A stretch of 64,000 nt of DNA, taken from assembly GCF_006345805.1 (NCBI RefSeq), contig NC_042999.1:156302001-156366000 (forward strand), read 5' to 3'. The DNA comes from Octopus sinensis. Its lineage: Eukaryota. This document shows, one piece after another, positions 63,440-64,000 of the stretch. Under the pieces are notes generated by a model that was given only the letters and a program-made list of their open reading frames with translations, made no database searches and had not been told where the DNA came from. The translations under genes were made by a program, and so were the position numbers. Numbering within the stretch: position 1 is the stretch's first letter; each line of letters begins with the position of its first letter.

Positions 63440-64000
63440 GCTGTGATGTCACTGAGGAACTGGTTCCCAGCCAAGTGTTTTTGGATGTTGGGGGACAGGT
63501 GTGGCTAAATCAGGAGAATAGGGAAGCTAATCAACCAGTTCAAAGCCACAGTCATACACAGCGGTCATTGAAACTGTAACTTGTGTGCTGGAGCATTGTG
63601 TTGATGAAACTAGGCACCTTTCATCAGTTTTCCTGGGCATTTGGTCTTGATAGTCTTTTGTAACTTCCTCAGTACATTCCATTGATGGTGTGACCCTTTT
63701 CAAGATAGTCAATAAACACAATGCCTTTTGCATTCCAAAATACTGAGGCCATCACCTTAGCCTTCTTTGGAGCAGGTGAGGATTAGTGTTTCCACTGCAT
63801 GCATTGTCTTTTTGTCTCTGGTGCAACCTGATGAAGCCAACACTGATCCTGGTTTAGGAAACCAGCTGGAAATCCCTCGAGCAATGTCAGATTTTCCCAT
63901 GATGTAATCGGCATGGTGCACTTTTGATCAGGTGTCAGAAGATATGGCAACCACCAAGCAAATACCTTCGTCATGTCAAGTTCATTGTGCAGAATATTCT
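63440..64000 (-). pseudogene. Mariner (DD34D-type) transposase remnant, running off the window end
   Basis: Minus strand reads ILHNELDMTKVFAWWLPYLLTPDQK (WVP.LL motif), ...KRQCMQWKH, VMASVFWNAKGIVFIDYLEKG, HQHNAPAH and PYSPDLA, with stops and frameshifts. Confidence 0.92.

Overview
AT-rich, repeat-saturated eukaryotic DNA. The SINE, RTE and microsatellite repertoire is what I recognise from Octopus (coleoid cephalopod) genomes. One host gene is well supported: a plus-strand LysM-domain gene of the LYSMD3/4 type, with a CpG-rich promoter/5' UTR near 22.7-23.0 kb and a first coding exon at 23464-23880. I could not find its later exons in the remaining 40 kb. Two splice-compatible minus-strand exons (53505-53589 and 52455-52516) suggest the 3' end of a second, unidentified gene, and weaker minus-strand exon candidates lie at 17.1 kb and 8.7 kb. 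The rest is mobile DNA and simple repeats: several tRNA-derived SINE families (some in tandem arrays), many RTE-clade LINE 3' ends, CR1/L2 and Penelope-like (GIY-YIG) fragments, Tc1/mariner relics, hAT and piggyBac-type MITEs, two non-autonomous Helitrons, and very long (AT)n, (GATA)n and (GAA/GGA)n tracts. The most unusual things are (i) about eight unrelated fold-back/palindromic elements, one of which shows an identity pattern suggesting arm homogenisation, (ii) hammerhead-ribozyme-like motifs, including a repeated variant with an atypical CUGUAGA core, and (iii) a GC-rich, intact RTE 3' end. No complete novel multi-gene system could be demonstrated. Almost all ORFs in the supplied track are repeat-derived noise.
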